Assembly (NCBI GenBank): GCA_963729605.1
Contig: CAVSNY010000007.1
Location: 864,001 to 928,000, forward strand
DNA: 64,000 nucleotides
Direction of reading: 5' to 3'
Source of the DNA: an uncultured Gammaproteobacteria bacterium
Lineage (GTDB): Bacteria; Pseudomonadota; Gammaproteobacteria; DRLM01
Shown piece after piece: positions 1 through 12,417 of the stretch. A model generated the notes under the pieces. It was given only the letters and a program-made list of their open reading frames with translations, was not told the origin of the DNA and did no database searches. Position 1 is the first letter of the stretch, and every line of letters begins with the position of its first letter. Made by a program: the position numbers and the translations under genes.

Positions 1-1142
1 AAGCGGGTGTTGATGCGCGAAGACCTCAACGTGCCGCTCAAGAACGGCCAGGTCGGCGACGATACGCGCATCCGTGCGTCGCTGCCGACGATACAGCGCG
101 CGGCCAAGGCCGGCGCCAAGGTGATGGTGATGTCGCACCTCGGCCGTCCCGATGAAGGCGTCTACAGCGAAGAGAATTCGGTCAAGCCCGTCGCCGAGCA
201 CCTGTCCAAGCTGCTGGGCCAGCCGGTGCGGGTGGTGAAGGATTATCTCGACGGCGTCGACGTCGCCGCCGGCGAGGTGGTGATGTTCGAGAACGTGCGC
301 TTCAACAAGGGCGAAAAGAAAAACGCCGACGAGCTTTCCAAAAAATACGCCGCGCTGTGCGACGTGTTCGTGATGGACGCCTTCGGCACCGCCCATCGCG
401 CCGAGGCCTCGACCCACGGCGTCGCCAAGTTCGCGGCGGTGGCCTGCGCCGGCCCGCTGCTGGCGGCCGAGTTGGAGGCGCTTGCCGCCGCGCTCGAAAA
501 TCCCAAGCGGCCGCTGGTGGCGATCGTCGGCGGTTCGAAAGTTTCGACCAAACTCACCGTGCTGGAATCATTGTCGAAAGTCGTCGATCAGCTGATCGTC
601 GGCGGCGGTATCGCCAACACCTTCATCGCCGCGGCCGGCAACAAAGTCGGTAAATCGCTTTGTGAAAACGATCTTGATTCCGCAGGCCAAGAAACTCACC
701 GAGCAGGCGCGGGCCCGCGGAGGCGATATTCCGGTGCCGAGCGACGTGGTGTGCGGCAAAGCAATTCTCCGAATCGGCGTCCGCCGAGTTGAAGAAGGTG
801 AGTGAAGTCACCGACGACGACATGATCTTCGACGTCGGTCCCGAGACCTCCAAGGAATTCGCCAAGATTTTGAAGAATGCCGGCACCATCGTCTGGAACG
901 GCCCGGTGGGCGTGTTCGAGTTCGATCAGTTCGGCGAAGGCACCAAGGCCTTGGCCCAGGCCATCGCCGAGAGTCCGGCCTTTTCCATCGCCGGCGGCGG
1001 CGACACCCTGGCGGCGGTGGCCAAATACGGCATCGCCGACCAAGTGTCTTATATTTCTACGGGCGGCGGCGCCTTCCTGGAATTCCTGGAAGGCAAGAAG
1101 TTGCCCGCGGTGGCGATCTTGAAAGAGCGCGCCAAGGGTTAA
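1..1142 (+). CDS. pgk: Phosphoglycerate kinase (5' truncated by window edge; frameshifted around 680-790)
   Basis: [24 protein letters not shown] and GGSKVS in ORF 7..792; [17 protein letters not shown] and [11 protein letters not shown] in ORF 789..1142. The halves are in different frames. Confidence 0.93.
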
Positions 1143-1245
1143 AGAAAGAGACGTTCGCGTCATTACATTTATTATTCAGGAGGCAGCTCACTAGCGGTGA
1201 AAAGCGTCCCTCGTGCGAGGCGCCGTCCGCGACAGTGACATATCT

Positions 1246-2691
1246 ATGTTGAGAAGAACGAAAATAGTGGCCACCCTTGGGCCCGCCACCGACGACCCCA
1301 AGGCCTTGGACGGAATCATTCAAGCCGGCGTGGACGTGGTGCGCATCAATTTTTCCCACGGCGAACCGGCCGAGCACCAGCGGCGGGTGGAGGCGGTGCG
1401 CAACCGCGCCCGCGCCCATGGACGCCAAGTGGGCGTGCTGGCGGATTTGCAAGGCCCCAAGATCCGGATCGACCGTTTCAAGGACGGGTCCGTCATCCTG
1501 GCCGAGGGCGAGCAATTCGTGCTGGACGCCAATTGGTCCGCCACCGATGGCAACCGGGAACGGGTCGGCCTCACCTATAAAGAACTGCCCAACGACGTGA
1601 ACCGCGGCGACACCTTGTTGCTCGACGACGGCCGCATCGTGTTGTGGGTGGAGAAGGTGGAAGGCGGCGAGATCGTCTGCAAGGTGATGGTCGGCGGCAA
1701 ACTTTCCAACAATAAAGGCATCAACCGCCAAGGCGGCGGCCTGTCCGCGGCGGCGCTCACCGACAAGGACATCGCCGACATCAAAACCGCGGCGGCCTTG
1801 GAGGCCGATTACCTGGCGGTGTCGTTTCCGCGCTGCGCCGACGACATCCACCTCGCCCGCAAATTATTGCGCGAGGCCGGCGGCCAGGGCGACATCGTCG
1901 CCAAGATCGAACGGGCCGAGGCGGTGCAGGCCATCGAGGAAATTCTCGCCGCCACCGACGCGGTGATGGTCGCCCGCGGCGATCTCGGCGTGGAAATCGG
2001 CGACGCGGAATTGCCGGCGGTGCAAAAAAACATCATCCGGCTGGCCCGTTCCATGAACCGGGTGGTGATCACCGCCACCCAGATGATGGAGTCGATGATC
2101 GAAAATCCCATCCCGACCCGCGCCGAGGTGTTCGACGTGGCCAACGCGGTGCTGGACGGCACCGACGCGGTGATGCTCTCGGCCGAGACCGCGGCCGGCA
2201 AATACCCGGTGAAGGCCGTCGCGGCCATGGACCGCATCTGCCGCGAGGCGGAGAAGCAGCCGACCGCGATGATCTCCGATCATCGCTTGAACACCCGGTT
2301 CGGCCGCACCGACGAGGCCATCGCCATGGCCGCCATGTACACCGCCAATCATTTGGGGGTGCGCGCCATCGCCACCTTGACCGAATCCGGTTCCACGCCC
2401 TTGTGGATGTCGCGAATCAGCTCCGGTATCCCCATTTACGCGTTGACGCCCCATGTCGCGACCCGTAGAAAAGTCACCCTCTACCGCGGCGTGTACCCCG
2501 TGAGCTTCAAGGTGGAAACCACCAACCACGCCGTGGTGAACAAAGAAGCGGTCGATGAGTTGGTGCGGCGCGGCGCGGTGCGCGACGGCGACCTGGTGAT
2601 CATCACCAAGGGCGATCTGATGGGCGTGCACGGCGGGACCAACGCCATGAAGATCGTGCGGGTCGGCGACATGCTCACGGGTTCGGATTGA
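1246..2691 (+). CDS. pyk: Pyruvate kinase
   Basis: [65 protein letters not shown] at 1246 chosen as start. Confidence 0.97.
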   Translation: MLRRTKIVATLGPATDDPKALDGIIQAGVDVVRINFSHGEPAEHQRRVEAVRNRARAHGRQVGVLADLQGPKIRIDRFKDGSVILAEGEQFVLDANWSATDGNRERVGLTYKELPNDVNRGDTLLLDDGRIVLWVEKVEGGEIVCKVMVGGKLSNNKGINRQGGGLSAAALTDKDIADIKTAAALEADYLAVSFPRCADDIHLARKLLREAGGQGDIVAKIERAEAVQAIEEILAATDAVMVARGDLGVEIGDAELPAVQKNIIRLARSMNRVVITATQMMESMIENPIPTRAEVFDVANAVLDGTDAVMLSAETAAGKYPVKAVAAMDRICREAEKQPTAMISDHRLNTRFGRTDEAIAMAAMYTANHLGVRAIATLTESGSTPLWMSRISSGIPIYALTPHVATRRKVTLYRGVYPVSFKVETTNHAVVNKEAVDELVRRGAVRDGDLVIITKGDLMGVHGGTNAMKIVRVGDMLTGSD

Positions 2692-2781
2692 ACCCGGCGC
2701 CATCCCGCCGAGCGAGTTTTTTTATTTTGTTAAAGCGTTAAAATCGATTACCAAACCGACCTTACTGAGGAGATTACGATT

Positions 2782-3846
2782 ATGGCCCTGATATCTTTGC
2801 GCCAGCTCTTGGATCACGCGGCGGAACACAGCTACGGCGTCCCCGCGTTCAACGTGAACAATCTCGAGCAGATGCGCGCCATCATGGAGGCCGCGGACGA
2901 GACCGACAGCCCGGTGATCGTGCAGGCCTCGGCCGGCGCGCGCAAATACGCCGGAGCGCCTTTCCTGCGCCACTTGATCCTGGCCGCCGTCGAAGAGTGG
3001 CCGGAAATCCCGGTGGTCATGCACCAGGATCACGGCGTCAGTCCGGCGGTGTGCCAGCGCTCCATCCAGCTCGGCTTCACCTCGGTGATGATGGACGGCT
3101 CCTTGAAGGAAGACGGCAAGACCCCCGCCTCCTACGAATACAACGTCGAAGTGACCCGCAAGGCCGTCGAAATGGCCCACGCCTGCGGCGTGTCGGTCGA
3201 AGGCGAGCTGGGTTGCCTGGGTTCGCTCGAAACCGGCATGGCCGGTGAAGAGGACGGCATCGGCGCCGAAGGCACCTTGGATCACAGCCAGCTGCTGACC
3301 GATCCGGAAGAGGCCGCCGACTTCGTCAAGAAGACCCATGTCGACGCATTGGCCATCGCCATCGGCACCAGCCACGGTGCCTATAAATTCACCCGTCCGC
3401 CCACCGGCGACATCCTCGCCATCGGCCGCATCAAGGAGATTCACGCCCGCATCCCCAACACCCATCTGGTGATGCACGGTTCATCCTCGGTGCCGCAGGA
3501 ATGGCTGAAGATCATCAACAGCTACGGCGGCGACATGGGCGAGACCTACGGCGTGCCGGTCGAGGAAATCGTCGAGGGCATCAAGCACGGCGTACGCAAG
3601 GTCAACATCGACACCGACCTGCGCATGGCGTCCACCGGCGCGATGCGCAAGGCCATGGCCGACAATCCCAAGGAATTCGATCCGCGCAAGTTCTTCGCCG
3701 CCACCATCAAGGCGATGAAGGACATCGTCAAGGCCCGTTACGAAGCCTTCGGCACCGCCGGCAATGCCTCCAAGATCAAGCCGCTCAATCTCGAGCAGAT
3801 GGTCAAGCGTTACGACAAGGGCGAGTTGGCGCCCAAGGTCAATTGA
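2782..3846 (+). CDS. fba: Fructose-bisphosphate aldolase class II (Calvin-cycle/CbbA-like subtype)
   Basis: [55 protein letters not shown]; GAGGAG RBS upstream. Confidence 0.97.
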   Translation: MALISLRQLLDHAAEHSYGVPAFNVNNLEQMRAIMEAADETDSPVIVQASAGARKYAGAPFLRHLILAAVEEWPEIPVVMHQDHGVSPAVCQRSIQLGFTSVMMDGSLKEDGKTPASYEYNVEVTRKAVEMAHACGVSVEGELGCLGSLETGMAGEEDGIGAEGTLDHSQLLTDPEEAADFVKKTHVDALAIAIGTSHGAYKFTRPPTGDILAIGRIKEIHARIPNTHLVMHGSSSVPQEWLKIINSYGGDMGETYGVPVEEIVEGIKHGVRKVNIDTDLRMASTGAMRKAMADNPKEFDPRKFFAATIKAMKDIVKARYEAFGTAGNASKIKPLNLEQMVKRYDKGELAPKVN

Positions 3847-3866
3847 TGTAACGCGGTAGTTCGGTT

Positions 3867-3898
3867 AAAAGGCGGGCCGAGTGCCCGCCTTTTTTTAT
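3867..3898 (+). terminator. Rho-independent terminator after fba (possibly bidirectional)
   Basis: AAAA-GGCGGGC-cgagt-GCCCGCC-TTTTTTT. Confidence 0.85.
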
Positions 3899-3963
3899 GG
3901 CGCGATGGATGGAATATAAAATTTAATCACGGTGGCGAAGAAAAGATTAAAGCGATGTTAGGG

Positions 3964-4245
3964 CTAGAGCACGCCGCTTTCCAGCTCCCGCAGATAGATA
4001 AAATCCGGGGTTTTCACGCCCGCATTGCCTTTGATTCCCACCGATTCGGGAGACTCGAAGAAACGCCGGGCATGCTCCAGTGAGGACCACGCCGAGAAGT
4101 GGGCGATGTTGTTCGCGCCATTATCTTATCGCGGCAACGGGTAGCTGATTTCTCCGGCAGGTTTTCGAATATCCGCCGCTGGGTCGAAAATCGCTTTCCA
4201 CGCCGGATAGGCCTCGACTTCACGGATGATTAAAACCTAGTGCAT
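3964..4245 (-). pseudogene. Pseudogene of a small antibiotic-biosynthesis-monooxygenase-like (alpha/beta barrel) protein
   Basis: Manual minus-strand translation from ATG 4245: MH*VLIIREVEAYPAWKAIFDPAADIRKPAGEISYPLPR*DNGANNIAHFSAWSSLEHARRFFESPESVGIKGNAGVKTPDFIYLRELESGVL*. It is 94 codons with two internal stops. Family recognised from memory. Confidence 0.7.
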
Positions 4246-4263
4246 CCGCGCGTCCGGCGGCGG

Positions 4264-5274
4264 TTACGGCTGGCGGTAATACTCGCGATACCACGCGACG
4301 AAGTTGGCGATGCCCGTTTCGATCGGCGTGTCCGGTTTGAAACCGACGTCGTGCATCAAGGCGTCGATGTCCGCGTAAGTGGCGGGTACGTCGCCCTGCT
4401 GCAAGGGCAGCATGTTCATCTCGGCCTTTTTGCCCAGGCATTGCTCCATGACTTCGATGTAACGCATCAGTTCCACCGGCTGGTTGTTGCCGATGTTGTA
4501 GAGGCGATAGGGCGCGCGGCTGCTGGCGGAATCGACCGCGTCGCCGTTCCAGTCGGGATTCGGCGCGGCGACCTTGTCGAGGGTGCGCATCACGCCTTCG
4601 ACGATGTCGTCGATGTAGGTGAAGTCGCGCTTGTGCCGGCCGTGGTTGAAGACGTCGATCGGCTTACCTTCGAGGATATTCTTGGTGAACATGAACAGCG
4701 CCATGTCCGGCCGGCCCCACGGGCCGTACACGGTGAAGAAACGCAGGCCGGTGGTCGGCAGATCGTAAAGATGGCTGTAAGTATGGGCCATCAATTCGTT
4801 GGCCTTTTTGGTGGCGGCGTAGAGGCTCACCGGGTGATCGACGTTGTGGTGCACCGAGAATGGCATATTGGTGTTGGCGCCGTACACCGAGCTGGTCGAG
4901 GCGTAGACCAGGTGTTCGACGCCGTGATGGCGGCAGCCTTCGAGGATGTTGAGAAAGCCCACCACGTTGCTTTCGACATACACGTGCGGATTTTCGATGG
5001 AGTAACGCACGCCGGCCTGGGCGGCGAGATTCACCACGCGCTGCGGCCGATGCTTGGCGAAGACGGCCTCGATGGCGTCGCGATCTTCCAGGCTCGCCCG
5101 CACATCGGTGAAATTTCGATGGGCGGTGGCGCGCGCCAGCCGGGCCTTTTTCAGATTGACGTCGTAGTAGTCGTTGAGGTTGTCGATGCCGATCACCTCG
5201 TCGCCGCGCGCCAGTAATTTAAGGGCGAGGGCGTTGCCGATGAAGCCGGCGGTGCCTGTTACAAGTATTTTCAT
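4264..5274 (-). CDS. NAD-dependent epimerase (UDP-glucuronate 4-epimerase-like)
   Basis: [36 protein letters not shown] (YxxxK), [15 protein letters not shown]. Confidence 0.93.
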   Translation of the reverse strand: MKILVTGTAGFIGNALALKLLARGDEVIGIDNLNDYYDVNLKKARLARATAHRNFTDVRASLEDRDAIEAVFAKHRPQRVVNLAAQAGVRYSIENPHVYVESNVVGFLNILEGCRHHGVEHLVYASTSSVYGANTNMPFSVHHNVDHPVSLYAATKKANELMAHTYSHLYDLPTTGLRFFTVYGPWGRPDMALFMFTKNILEGKPIDVFNHGRHKRDFTYIDDIVEGVMRTLDKVAAPNPDWNGDAVDSASSRAPYRLYNIGNNQPVELMRYIEVMEQCLGKKAEMNMLPLQQGDVPATYADIDALMHDVGFKPDTPIETGIANFVAWYREYYRQP

Positions 5275-5324
5275 CGCGTCTCTTTTCAGTGGGGCGGCCG
5301 GCATCACGCCGGCCGCCTGATGTG

Positions 5325-6605
5325 TTACAGCCGGTCGTCGACCTGGTCGGCGGGCAGGATGCCTTTGACGTCGAACAACACATGATTGGGTTTGCCGAGC
5401 TTGCGGATGGCCTGAGTGCCCATCTCGAGGAATTGGCGATGAGACACGGCCACGATCACCGCGTCGTATTGGCCGTTCTTGAGCTGCGGGATCAGGGTCA
5501 GGCCGTTGTATTCGTGTTTGACTTCCTCGGGGTTGGCCCAAGGATCGTAGATGTCCACCTGGGCGTGATAACCCTCCAGTTCATGGATGATGTCGATGGC
5601 GCGGGTATTGCGGATGTCGGGGCAGTTTTCCTTGAAGGTCAGGCCCAGCACCAGCACCTTGGCGTCTACCACCGGCACGCGGCGGCGGGTCATCATTTTC
5701 ACCACCCGCTCGGCGACGTGGGCGCCCATGTTGTCGTTGATGCGGCGGCCGGCGAGGATGATCTCGGGGTTGTAGCCGATCTCCTGCGCCTTATGGGTGA
5801 GATAGTAAGGATCGACGCCGATGCAATGGCCGCCGACCAGGCCGGGACGGAAGGGCAGGAAATTCCACTTGCTGCCGGCCGCCTCCAGCACCTCGAGCGT
5901 GTCGATGCCCATGCGGTGGAACAACAACGCCAGTTCGTTGATGAGGGCGATGTTGACGTCGCGCTGGGTGTTCTCGATGACTTTCGCCGCCTCGGCGACG
6001 CGGATGCTGCTGGCCTTGTGGGTGCCGACGGTAATCACGCGCCGGTACACGGCGTCTACGTAATCCGCCGTTTCGGGCGTGGAACCGGACGTGACCTTGA
6101 CGATGTTGGTGACCCGGTGCTGCTTGTCGCCGGGGTTGATGCGTTCGGGGCTGTAGCCGACGAAGAAGTCCTGGTTGAATTTCAGACCCGACTCGCGTTC
6201 GAGGATGGGCACGCAATCTTCCTCGGTGCAACCGGGATAGACGGTGGACTCGTATACCACCACGTCGCCTTTTTTAAGCGTCTTGCCCACGGTGTGGCTG
6301 GCGCTGAGCAAAGGAGTCAGATCGGGGCGTTTGTGCTTGTCGATGGGGGTCGGCACGGTGACGATGTAGAAATTGCAGTCTTCCAAGGCGGCGATATCGG
6401 TGGTGACCGTCAGTTGGGTGGCCTCGGCCAATTCGTGGGGTTCCACTTCCAGCGAGCTGTCCTTGCCGGCCTTGAGTTCGGCGATGCGCGCCTTGTTGAT
6501 GTCGAAGCCGGTGACCGGCAGGTGCTTGGCGAACTCCACGGCCAGCGGCAGGCCGACGTAACCCAAACCGATGACGCCGATTTTAGTGTTGTTGATGTCG
6601 AACAT
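5325..6605 (-). CDS. UDP-N-acetylglucosamine/galactosamine C-6 dehydrogenase (TviB/WbpO-like)
   Basis: [59 protein letters not shown]. Confidence 0.92.
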   Translation of the reverse strand: MFDINNTKIGVIGLGYVGLPLAVEFAKHLPVTGFDINKARIAELKAGKDSSLEVEPHELAEATQLTVTTDIAALEDCNFYIVTVPTPIDKHKRPDLTPLLSASHTVGKTLKKGDVVVYESTVYPGCTEEDCVPILERESGLKFNQDFFVGYSPERINPGDKQHRVTNIVKVTSGSTPETADYVDAVYRRVITVGTHKASSIRVAEAAKVIENTQRDVNIALINELALLFHRMGIDTLEVLEAAGSKWNFLPFRPGLVGGHCIGVDPYYLTHKAQEIGYNPEIILAGRRINDNMGAHVAERVVKMMTRRRVPVVDAKVLVLGLTFKENCPDIRNTRAIDIIHELEGYHAQVDIYDPWANPEEVKHEYNGLTLIPQLKNGQYDAVIVAVSHRQFLEMGTQAIRKLGKPNHVLFDVKGILPADQVDDRL

Positions 6606-6633
6606 ATGCTTAATTCACCTCGTGGGGCAGAGA

Positions 6634-7959
6634 TCAGTGACCCCTGCCGATGGCGTAATACGTAAAGCCTTCTTGCTCCGCCAGGGCGGGGTCGTACAAG
6701 TTGCGGCCATCGAAGATGACGGGCTGTTTGAGCTTTAACTTGAGGGCGGCGAAATCGGGACTGCGGAATAGATTCCATTCGGTGCAGATCACCAGGGCGT
6801 CGGCGCCGTTCAGCGCGTCGGCGGCGGTTTCGCACAAACTCAAGTCGTCCCGTTCACCGTAGATGCGCGCCGTCTCTTCCATGGCGGCGGGGTCGTGGGC
6901 CTGCACGCGCGCGCCGGCGGCCCACAGCGCTTCCATCAGCACCCGGCTGGGAGCCTCGCGCATGTCGTCGGTGTTGGGTTTAAACGCGAGGCCCCAAACG
7001 GCGAAGGTGCGGCCCTTGAGGTCCGCGCCGAAGTGGCGGGTGATTTTGTTGAACAACACGTGTTTTTGCCGTTCGTTGACCGCCTCCACCGCTCGCAGCA
7101 GTTCGGCCTGGTATTCCACGTTGCGCGCGGTGCGTTCCAGCGCCTTCACGTCCTTGGGGAAGCAGGAACCGCCGTAGCCGCAGCCGGGGTAGATGAAGTG
7201 GTAGCCGATGCGCGGATCGGCGCCGATACCCACCCGCACCTGCTCGATGTCGGCGCCGAGGCGTTCCGACAGATTGGCTAGCTCGTTCATGAAACTGATC
7301 TTGGTGGCGAGCATGGCGTTGGCGGCGTATTTGGTCAGCTCCGCGGAGCGGATGTCCATGGCGATGACGCGGTCGCGGTTGCGGTTGAAGGGTGAATAGA
7401 GCACCCGCAGCAATTCGGTGGTGCGCGGGTTGTCGGTGCCGACGATGATGCGGTCGGGGCGCATGAAGTCGTCGATGGCCGCGCCTTCTTTGAGAAATTC
7501 CGGGTTGGAGACCACGTCGAATTCGAAGTGCGCGCCGCGCTGTTTGAGCGCCGCGCCCACCGATTCGCGCACGCGGTCGGCGGTGCCGACCGGCACCGTG
7601 GATTTATTGACCACGATGCGGTATTCGGTCATGTGGCCGCCGATGCGGTTGGCGACTTCCAGTACATGTTTGAGATCGGCGGAGCCGTCTTCGTCGGGGG
7701 GCGTGCCCACCGCGATGAACTGGAATAAACCGTGGGCCACCCCGGCGGCGATGTCGGTGGTGAAGGTCAGGCGGCCGGCCTCGGCGTTTTTCTTGACTAG
7801 ATCGTCCAAGCCGGGCTCGTAGATGGGGATGCGTCCTTCCTTGAGCATGGCGATCTTGCGTTCGTCGATATCGACGCACAGCACTTGATTGCCCACCTCG
7901 GCAAGACAGGCGCCGGTGACGAGGCCGACGTAACCGGAACCGAAAATGGTGACTTTCAT
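6634..7959 (-). CDS. ugd: UDP-glucose 6-dehydrogenase
   Basis: [51 protein letters not shown]. Confidence 0.95.
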   Translation of the reverse strand: MKVTIFGSGYVGLVTGACLAEVGNQVLCVDIDERKIAMLKEGRIPIYEPGLDDLVKKNAEAGRLTFTTDIAAGVAHGLFQFIAVGTPPDEDGSADLKHVLEVANRIGGHMTEYRIVVNKSTVPVGTADRVRESVGAALKQRGAHFEFDVVSNPEFLKEGAAIDDFMRPDRIIVGTDNPRTTELLRVLYSPFNRNRDRVIAMDIRSAELTKYAANAMLATKISFMNELANLSERLGADIEQVRVGIGADPRIGYHFIYPGCGYGGSCFPKDVKALERTARNVEYQAELLRAVEAVNERQKHVLFNKITRHFGADLKGRTFAVWGLAFKPNTDDMREAPSRVLMEALWAAGARVQAHDPAAMEETARIYGERDDLSLCETAADALNGADALVICTEWNLFRSPDFAALKLKLKQPVIFDGRNLYDPALAEQEGFTYYAIGRGH

Positions 7960-8156
7960 GGTATTTGCGCTAGCCAGTTGAGGGTAAAAAATGCCAGTAT
8001 ATTACATTGTTGCGTTGGCGGCGTAAGCCGCCGCAGAATAACAGAAAGGCAGCAGTGCGTCATCCGTCCCCTCCATTGCCGCGCACCAGCGCGTAAATTT
8101 TGTCCGGTGAACGGCCGTTATACTGCCATGGGAATTTGCCTGGGGTAACACTGGCC

Positions 8157-8630
8157 GTGCGGAGCGCATTGTATAACTTGCTGGAGTATCCGGGATTCCG
8201 GGAAGAAGTGTTGTGGCAAACCCGCCGTCTGGGCCCCAACCATACCGTCTTTGCCGAAGGTGAGCGTAGCCGGGAGGTCTATTTGATTCTGGCCGGCGCG
8301 GTACGCGTAGTGGGCAACGTGGACTTGGACGAGCATCGCCAGGTGCATCCCGGATTCAGTGAATTGGGCGAGGGGCAACTCTTCGGGGAAATGCCCTTGT
8401 TCGACGGCGAGCCCCGCTCGGCGACGGTGGTGACCTTGTCCGACTGCGAGCTGGCGGTGATGGACGGCGACCGGCTGATGGTGTTTCTGGATGCCCACCC
8501 GGATTTGGGCTATCCCATCTACAAAGAACTCATTCATTCCATGGTAGGGCGCTTGAGGCGGGCGAACAAACGGATTTTTTCCCTGTTCGCCTGGGGGCTC
8601 AAGATGCGAGGGATCGATCAGCATTTGTAA
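8157..8630 (+). CDS. Stand-alone cyclic nucleotide-binding domain protein
   Basis: VFAEGE..VYLILAGAVRV..LGEGQLFGEMPLFDGEPRSATV is a CRP/cNMP beta-barrel motif; no C-terminal HTH is evident. Start uncertain (GTG 8157). Confidence 0.85.
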   Translation: MRSALYNLLEYPGFREEVLWQTRRLGPNHTVFAEGERSREVYLILAGAVRVVGNVDLDEHRQVHPGFSELGEGQLFGEMPLFDGEPRSATVVTLSDCELAVMDGDRLMVFLDAHPDLGYPIYKELIHSMVGRLRRANKRIFSLFAWGLKMRGIDQHL

Positions 8631-8823
8631 GCGCCATGTTTGGTTAAACTGACTGGGCGCGGCGGCTTGGCCCGGCGCGTCGAATTTTTATCGGGGGCGG
8701 GTCCGCGGTGGCTGGCCAAGGGCGCGGACCGAATAGGGAGTACGGAATGACCATGCGCACTGGGAGGACGGTGGGCGTTAAGTGGGAACCCGCGGCACGG
8801 TCGCGGCGTTGCGGGGGTATGGC

Positions 8824-10218
8824 GTGATCAAGGTGTTCGGCCATTACATCCCGCGTTCCTTCATCATACTCGGCCTGATCGAGTTCGGGCTGCTCATCTG
8901 CGCCGTCTATGTCGGCGTCTGGCTGCGTTTCCGGAATGCGCCGCTGGAGATTGTGGAAGTCGAACCGGTGGCGCTCAAGGCCTTTTTGTTCGCCGGGGTG
9001 ATGATTTTCACCATGACCGCGGTGGGCCTCTATCAGCGCAATTTCCGCGAAGGGCTGGGCGGCATGCTGCTGCGGGTGGCGCTCAGCGCGGTGTTGAGCC
9101 TGATCGTCATGACCGTGTTGTTTTATCTGTTCCCTTCGGTATTTCTCGGCCGTGGCGCCTTCGGTATCGCCTTTTTTACCGCCGTGGTGAGCGTGGCGGC
9201 GGCGCGGGCGTTATTCTTTCGGGTGGCGGATCAAGAGGCCCTCAAACGCCGGATATTGGTGTTGGGCGCGGGCAAACGGGCCGAGCACATTTCGATGTTG
9301 CGCCGCAAATCCGACCGCCGCGGTTATCACGTCGTCGGTTTTGTGCACGTGCCCGGCGAACACGACGTGGTGGAGGCCGAGTTGGTGATCCGCCGCGACA
9401 CCACCCTGTTGGAGCTCGCCCAACAGCGCCGGGTGGACGAGATCGTGGTGGCGGTAGAAGACCGCCGCAAGAATTTTCCCGTACATGAAATCCTCGATTG
9501 CCGGATGGCGGGCATCGAGGTGTTGGACATCCTTTCTTTCCTGGAACGGCAAATGGGCCGGGTGATGCTCAATCTGCTCCACCCCAGCTGGCTGATTTTT
9601 TCCGACGGGTTTCGCTACGGCATGGTGCGGGTGGTGACCAAACGGGCTTTCGATGTCGCCGCGAGTTCGGCGGTGTTGCTGGTTACCTGGCCGTTGATGG
9701 TGCTGGCGGCCCTGGCCATTTATCTCGAGAGCGGTTTCCGCGGCCCGATTTTTTACCGGCAGGTGCGGGTGGGCGAGAATTGGCGCCTGTTTCAGTTGAC
9801 CAAGTTCCGCAGCATGCGGGTGGACGCCGAGTCGGACGGCGTGGCGCGCTGGGCGCAGAAGAACGACAACCGGGTGACGCGGGTCGGTGCGTTCATGCGC
9901 AAGACCCGCATCGATGAACTGCCCCAGTTGTTCAATGTGCTGATGGGGGATATGAGTTTCGTCGGCCCCCGCCCGGAGCGGCCCATCTTCGTTGAACAGC
10001 TTTCGGAAAAAATCCCTTTTTACGCCGAACGGCACCGGGTCAAACCGGGCATCACCGGTTGGGCGCAGATATGTTATCCCTACGGGGCTTCGGAGGAAGA
10101 TGCCGCGCAAAAGCTCCAGTTCGATTTGTATTATGTGAAAAACTACAGCCTCTTTCTCGATCTCTTGATTCTGTTGCAGACCGCGGAAGTGGTGATTTGG
10201 GGGCGAGGCGCCCGCTGA
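8824..10218 (+). CDS. PEP-CTERM/XrtA-system-associated sugar transferase (priming glycosyl-phosphotransferase)
   Basis: N-terminal TM helices, then [55 protein letters not shown]; adjacent to prsK. Confidence 0.9.
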   Translation: MIKVFGHYIPRSFIILGLIEFGLLICAVYVGVWLRFRNAPLEIVEVEPVALKAFLFAGVMIFTMTAVGLYQRNFREGLGGMLLRVALSAVLSLIVMTVLFYLFPSVFLGRGAFGIAFFTAVVSVAAARALFFRVADQEALKRRILVLGAGKRAEHISMLRRKSDRRGYHVVGFVHVPGEHDVVEAELVIRRDTTLLELAQQRRVDEIVVAVEDRRKNFPVHEILDCRMAGIEVLDILSFLERQMGRVMLNLLHPSWLIFSDGFRYGMVRVVTKRAFDVAASSAVLLVTWPLMVLAALAIYLESGFRGPIFYRQVRVGENWRLFQLTKFRSMRVDAESDGVARWAQKNDNRVTRVGAFMRKTRIDELPQLFNVLMGDMSFVGPRPERPIFVEQLSEKIPFYAERHRVKPGITGWAQICYPYGASEEDAAQKLQFDLYYVKNYSLFLDLLILLQTAEVVIWGRGAR

Positions 10219-10299
10219 CACCCGGCCATGGGGACAGCGATGGGCCGCCGTGATCATGCCGGGCGGGGATGAGCGTGGGCGGGAACGGAAGCGGGGATC

Positions 10300-12372
10300 A
10301 TGATTAGTCTCGGTAGCCTGAGTTACGGTAGCGCGGTGCTGGCCTTCGCGGTGTTATCGCTGTTGCTGCTGACCAGTTGGCGCGGCCGCCTGCAAGGCGG
10401 TTTGTTGGTGGCGGTCTCCGTGATCAGCCTGTTGTGGGCGGCGGTGATCACCGCTTTGCAATTGGGCGTCGTCGCCTTGCTGCCCGTCGTCGGGATACTG
10501 GAAGTATTGCGGGCCTTGGTATGGGCGGTATTGCTGCTGAAATTGCTCAACCCCGCCGGGGGTTGGCGGGCCTTGCTGGCGGGGCGGGCCCGCTGGTGGA
10601 CGCTGGGTTTGTCGGCACTCACGCTGTTGTTGCTGGCGCTGGTGCTGGTGCCTTTTCTGGCCAATGAACCCTTGGTGGACGCACTGGGGGTGGACGCCCG
10701 TATCCTCGGCCAGGTGATCATGGCGATAGCGGGGCTGGTGCTGGTCGAACAGTTGTTCCGCAACGCGCGGCCCGACAGCCGCTGGGCCATCAAATACCTG
10801 TGTTTCGGCGTGGGCGGGCTGCTGGCCTACGACTTCTTTTTTTATTCCGACGCCCTCTTGTTCAAGCGGCTCGACCTCGATTTGTGGGAGGCGCGCGGTT
10901 TGATCAACGCCCTGGTGGTGCCGCTCATCGCCGTATCGGCGGCCCGCAATCCGGAATGGTCGCTGGACGTGTTCGTGTCACGGCGCATCGTGTTTCACAG
11001 CGCCGCGGTGTTGGGGGCGGGTATTTATCTGTTGGCGATGGCCGCCGGCGGCGTGTATCTCCGGATCTACGGCGGCACCTGGGGCAATCTGGCGCAGGCG
11101 GCGTTTTTGTTCGGCGCCGGTCTGGTGTTGGTGGTGGTGTTGTTCTCGGGGCAGATGCAGGCGCGGTTGCGGGTATTCCTCAACAAGCATTTTTTCAATT
11201 ACCGCTACGATTATCGCGAAGAATGGCTGCGTTTCATCCGGACCCTGTCCGCCGGCGAGCCCGGCGTGCCGCTGCGGGAGCGGGCCATCGAGGCGGTCGC
11301 CAACATCATGGACAGCCCGGGCGGCGCCTTGTGGTGGCGGCGCGAGCCGGCCTATTTCGAGGTGATCGCGCATTGGAATATGTCGGAGGTGGGCAAGGCC
11401 AACGAACCCGCCGACGGGGCCTTGGCCCGTTTTCTCACCGCCCGCGAGTGGGTGATCGACCTCAGCGAGCACGATAACAAACCCGAGATCTACGCCGACC
11501 TGCCGTTGCCGGATTGGTTGCGGGACTTGGAGCGGGCGTGGCTGGTGGTGCCGCTCATCCATCATGAGGGGCTGTTCGGTTTTATCGTGCTGGCCCAGCC
11601 CCGCGCGCCGCGGACCTGCAATTGGGAAGACAACGACCTGCTCAAAACCGCGGGCCGGCAGGCCGCCAATCATATCGCCCAGCTGGAAGCGGCCGAGGCC
11701 TTGGCCAATGCCCGGCAGTTCGAGGCATTCAATCGCCTCTCGGCATTTTTGATTCACGATTTAAAAAACGTGGTGGCGCAGTTGTCTCTGGTGGTGAGCA
11801 ACGCCGCCAAACACCGGCACAACCCGGCCTTCGTCGATGATGCGTTTAAAACCGTGGAACACGCCACCGGCAAGATGAATCGGATGTTGGCCCAATTGCG
11901 TTCCGGCGCGGTCGCCGGCGGCCGCTTGACCCGCGTCGATCTGACCAAGTTGCTGGGCGAGGTGGTGAGCGCCCGCTCCGTCGATCAGCCGGTGCCTGTG
12001 CTAAAGTGTGGCGAGCCTGCTTTGGTCGTCACCGCGGAACGGGAACGCTTGGCGGATGTGTTGGGACACGTGGTGCAAAACGCCCAGCAGGCGACCCCGT
12101 CGGCGGGCAAGGTTGAAATTGTCTTACAGCGATACGCCGAGGCGGCCGTTATAGAGGTGGCGGATACCGGTTGCGGTATGGATGCCGATTTTATCCGCGA
12201 CCGGCTGTTTCGCCCCTTCGATTCCACCAAGGGCAGGGCGGGTATGGGTATCGGCGCCTATGAGACCCGCGAATTCGTGCGCGAGATGGGCGGGCAATTG
12301 GATGTGGAGAGTCAGCCCGGGAAAGGCACGCTATTTCGCATTCAACTCCCCTTGGACCGCGAAGACGGCTAA
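10300..12372 (+). CDS. prsK: PEP-CTERM system histidine kinase PrsK
   Basis: Multi-TM N-terminus, KHFFNYRYDYREEW, GAF-like region, H-box AFLIHDLKN, HATPase motifs (QNAQQA, DTGCGM, GMGIG); upstream of prsR. Confidence 0.92.
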   Translation: MISLGSLSYGSAVLAFAVLSLLLLTSWRGRLQGGLLVAVSVISLLWAAVITALQLGVVALLPVVGILEVLRALVWAVLLLKLLNPAGGWRALLAGRARWWTLGLSALTLLLLALVLVPFLANEPLVDALGVDARILGQVIMAIAGLVLVEQLFRNARPDSRWAIKYLCFGVGGLLAYDFFFYSDALLFKRLDLDLWEARGLINALVVPLIAVSAARNPEWSLDVFVSRRIVFHSAAVLGAGIYLLAMAAGGVYLRIYGGTWGNLAQAAFLFGAGLVLVVVLFSGQMQARLRVFLNKHFFNYRYDYREEWLRFIRTLSAGEPGVPLRERAIEAVANIMDSPGGALWWRREPAYFEVIAHWNMSEVGKANEPADGALARFLTAREWVIDLSEHDNKPEIYADLPLPDWLRDLERAWLVVPLIHHEGLFGFIVLAQPRAPRTCNWEDNDLLKTAGRQAANHIAQLEAAEALANARQFEAFNRLSAFLIHDLKNVVAQLSLVVSNAAKHRHNPAFVDDAFKTVEHATGKMNRMLAQLRSGAVAGGRLTRVDLTKLLGEVVSARSVDQPVPVLKCGEPALVVTAERERLADVLGHVVQNAQQATPSAGKVEIVLQRYAEAAVIEVADTGCGMDADFIRDRLFRPFDSTKGRAGMGIGAYETREFVREMGGQLDVESQPGKGTLFRIQLPLDREDG

Positions 12373-12417
12373 GTGATGATCGGCGGTTGATTGGCGAAGA
12401 CCTTGAGGATGGCACTG

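Noticed and set aside
4240-6665. Long antisense ORFs (e.g. 4240..5217, 5289..6665; also 12331..13875, 42636..44564)
   Set aside because: They are shadows of well-supported genes in high-GC DNA and show no recognisable motifs.
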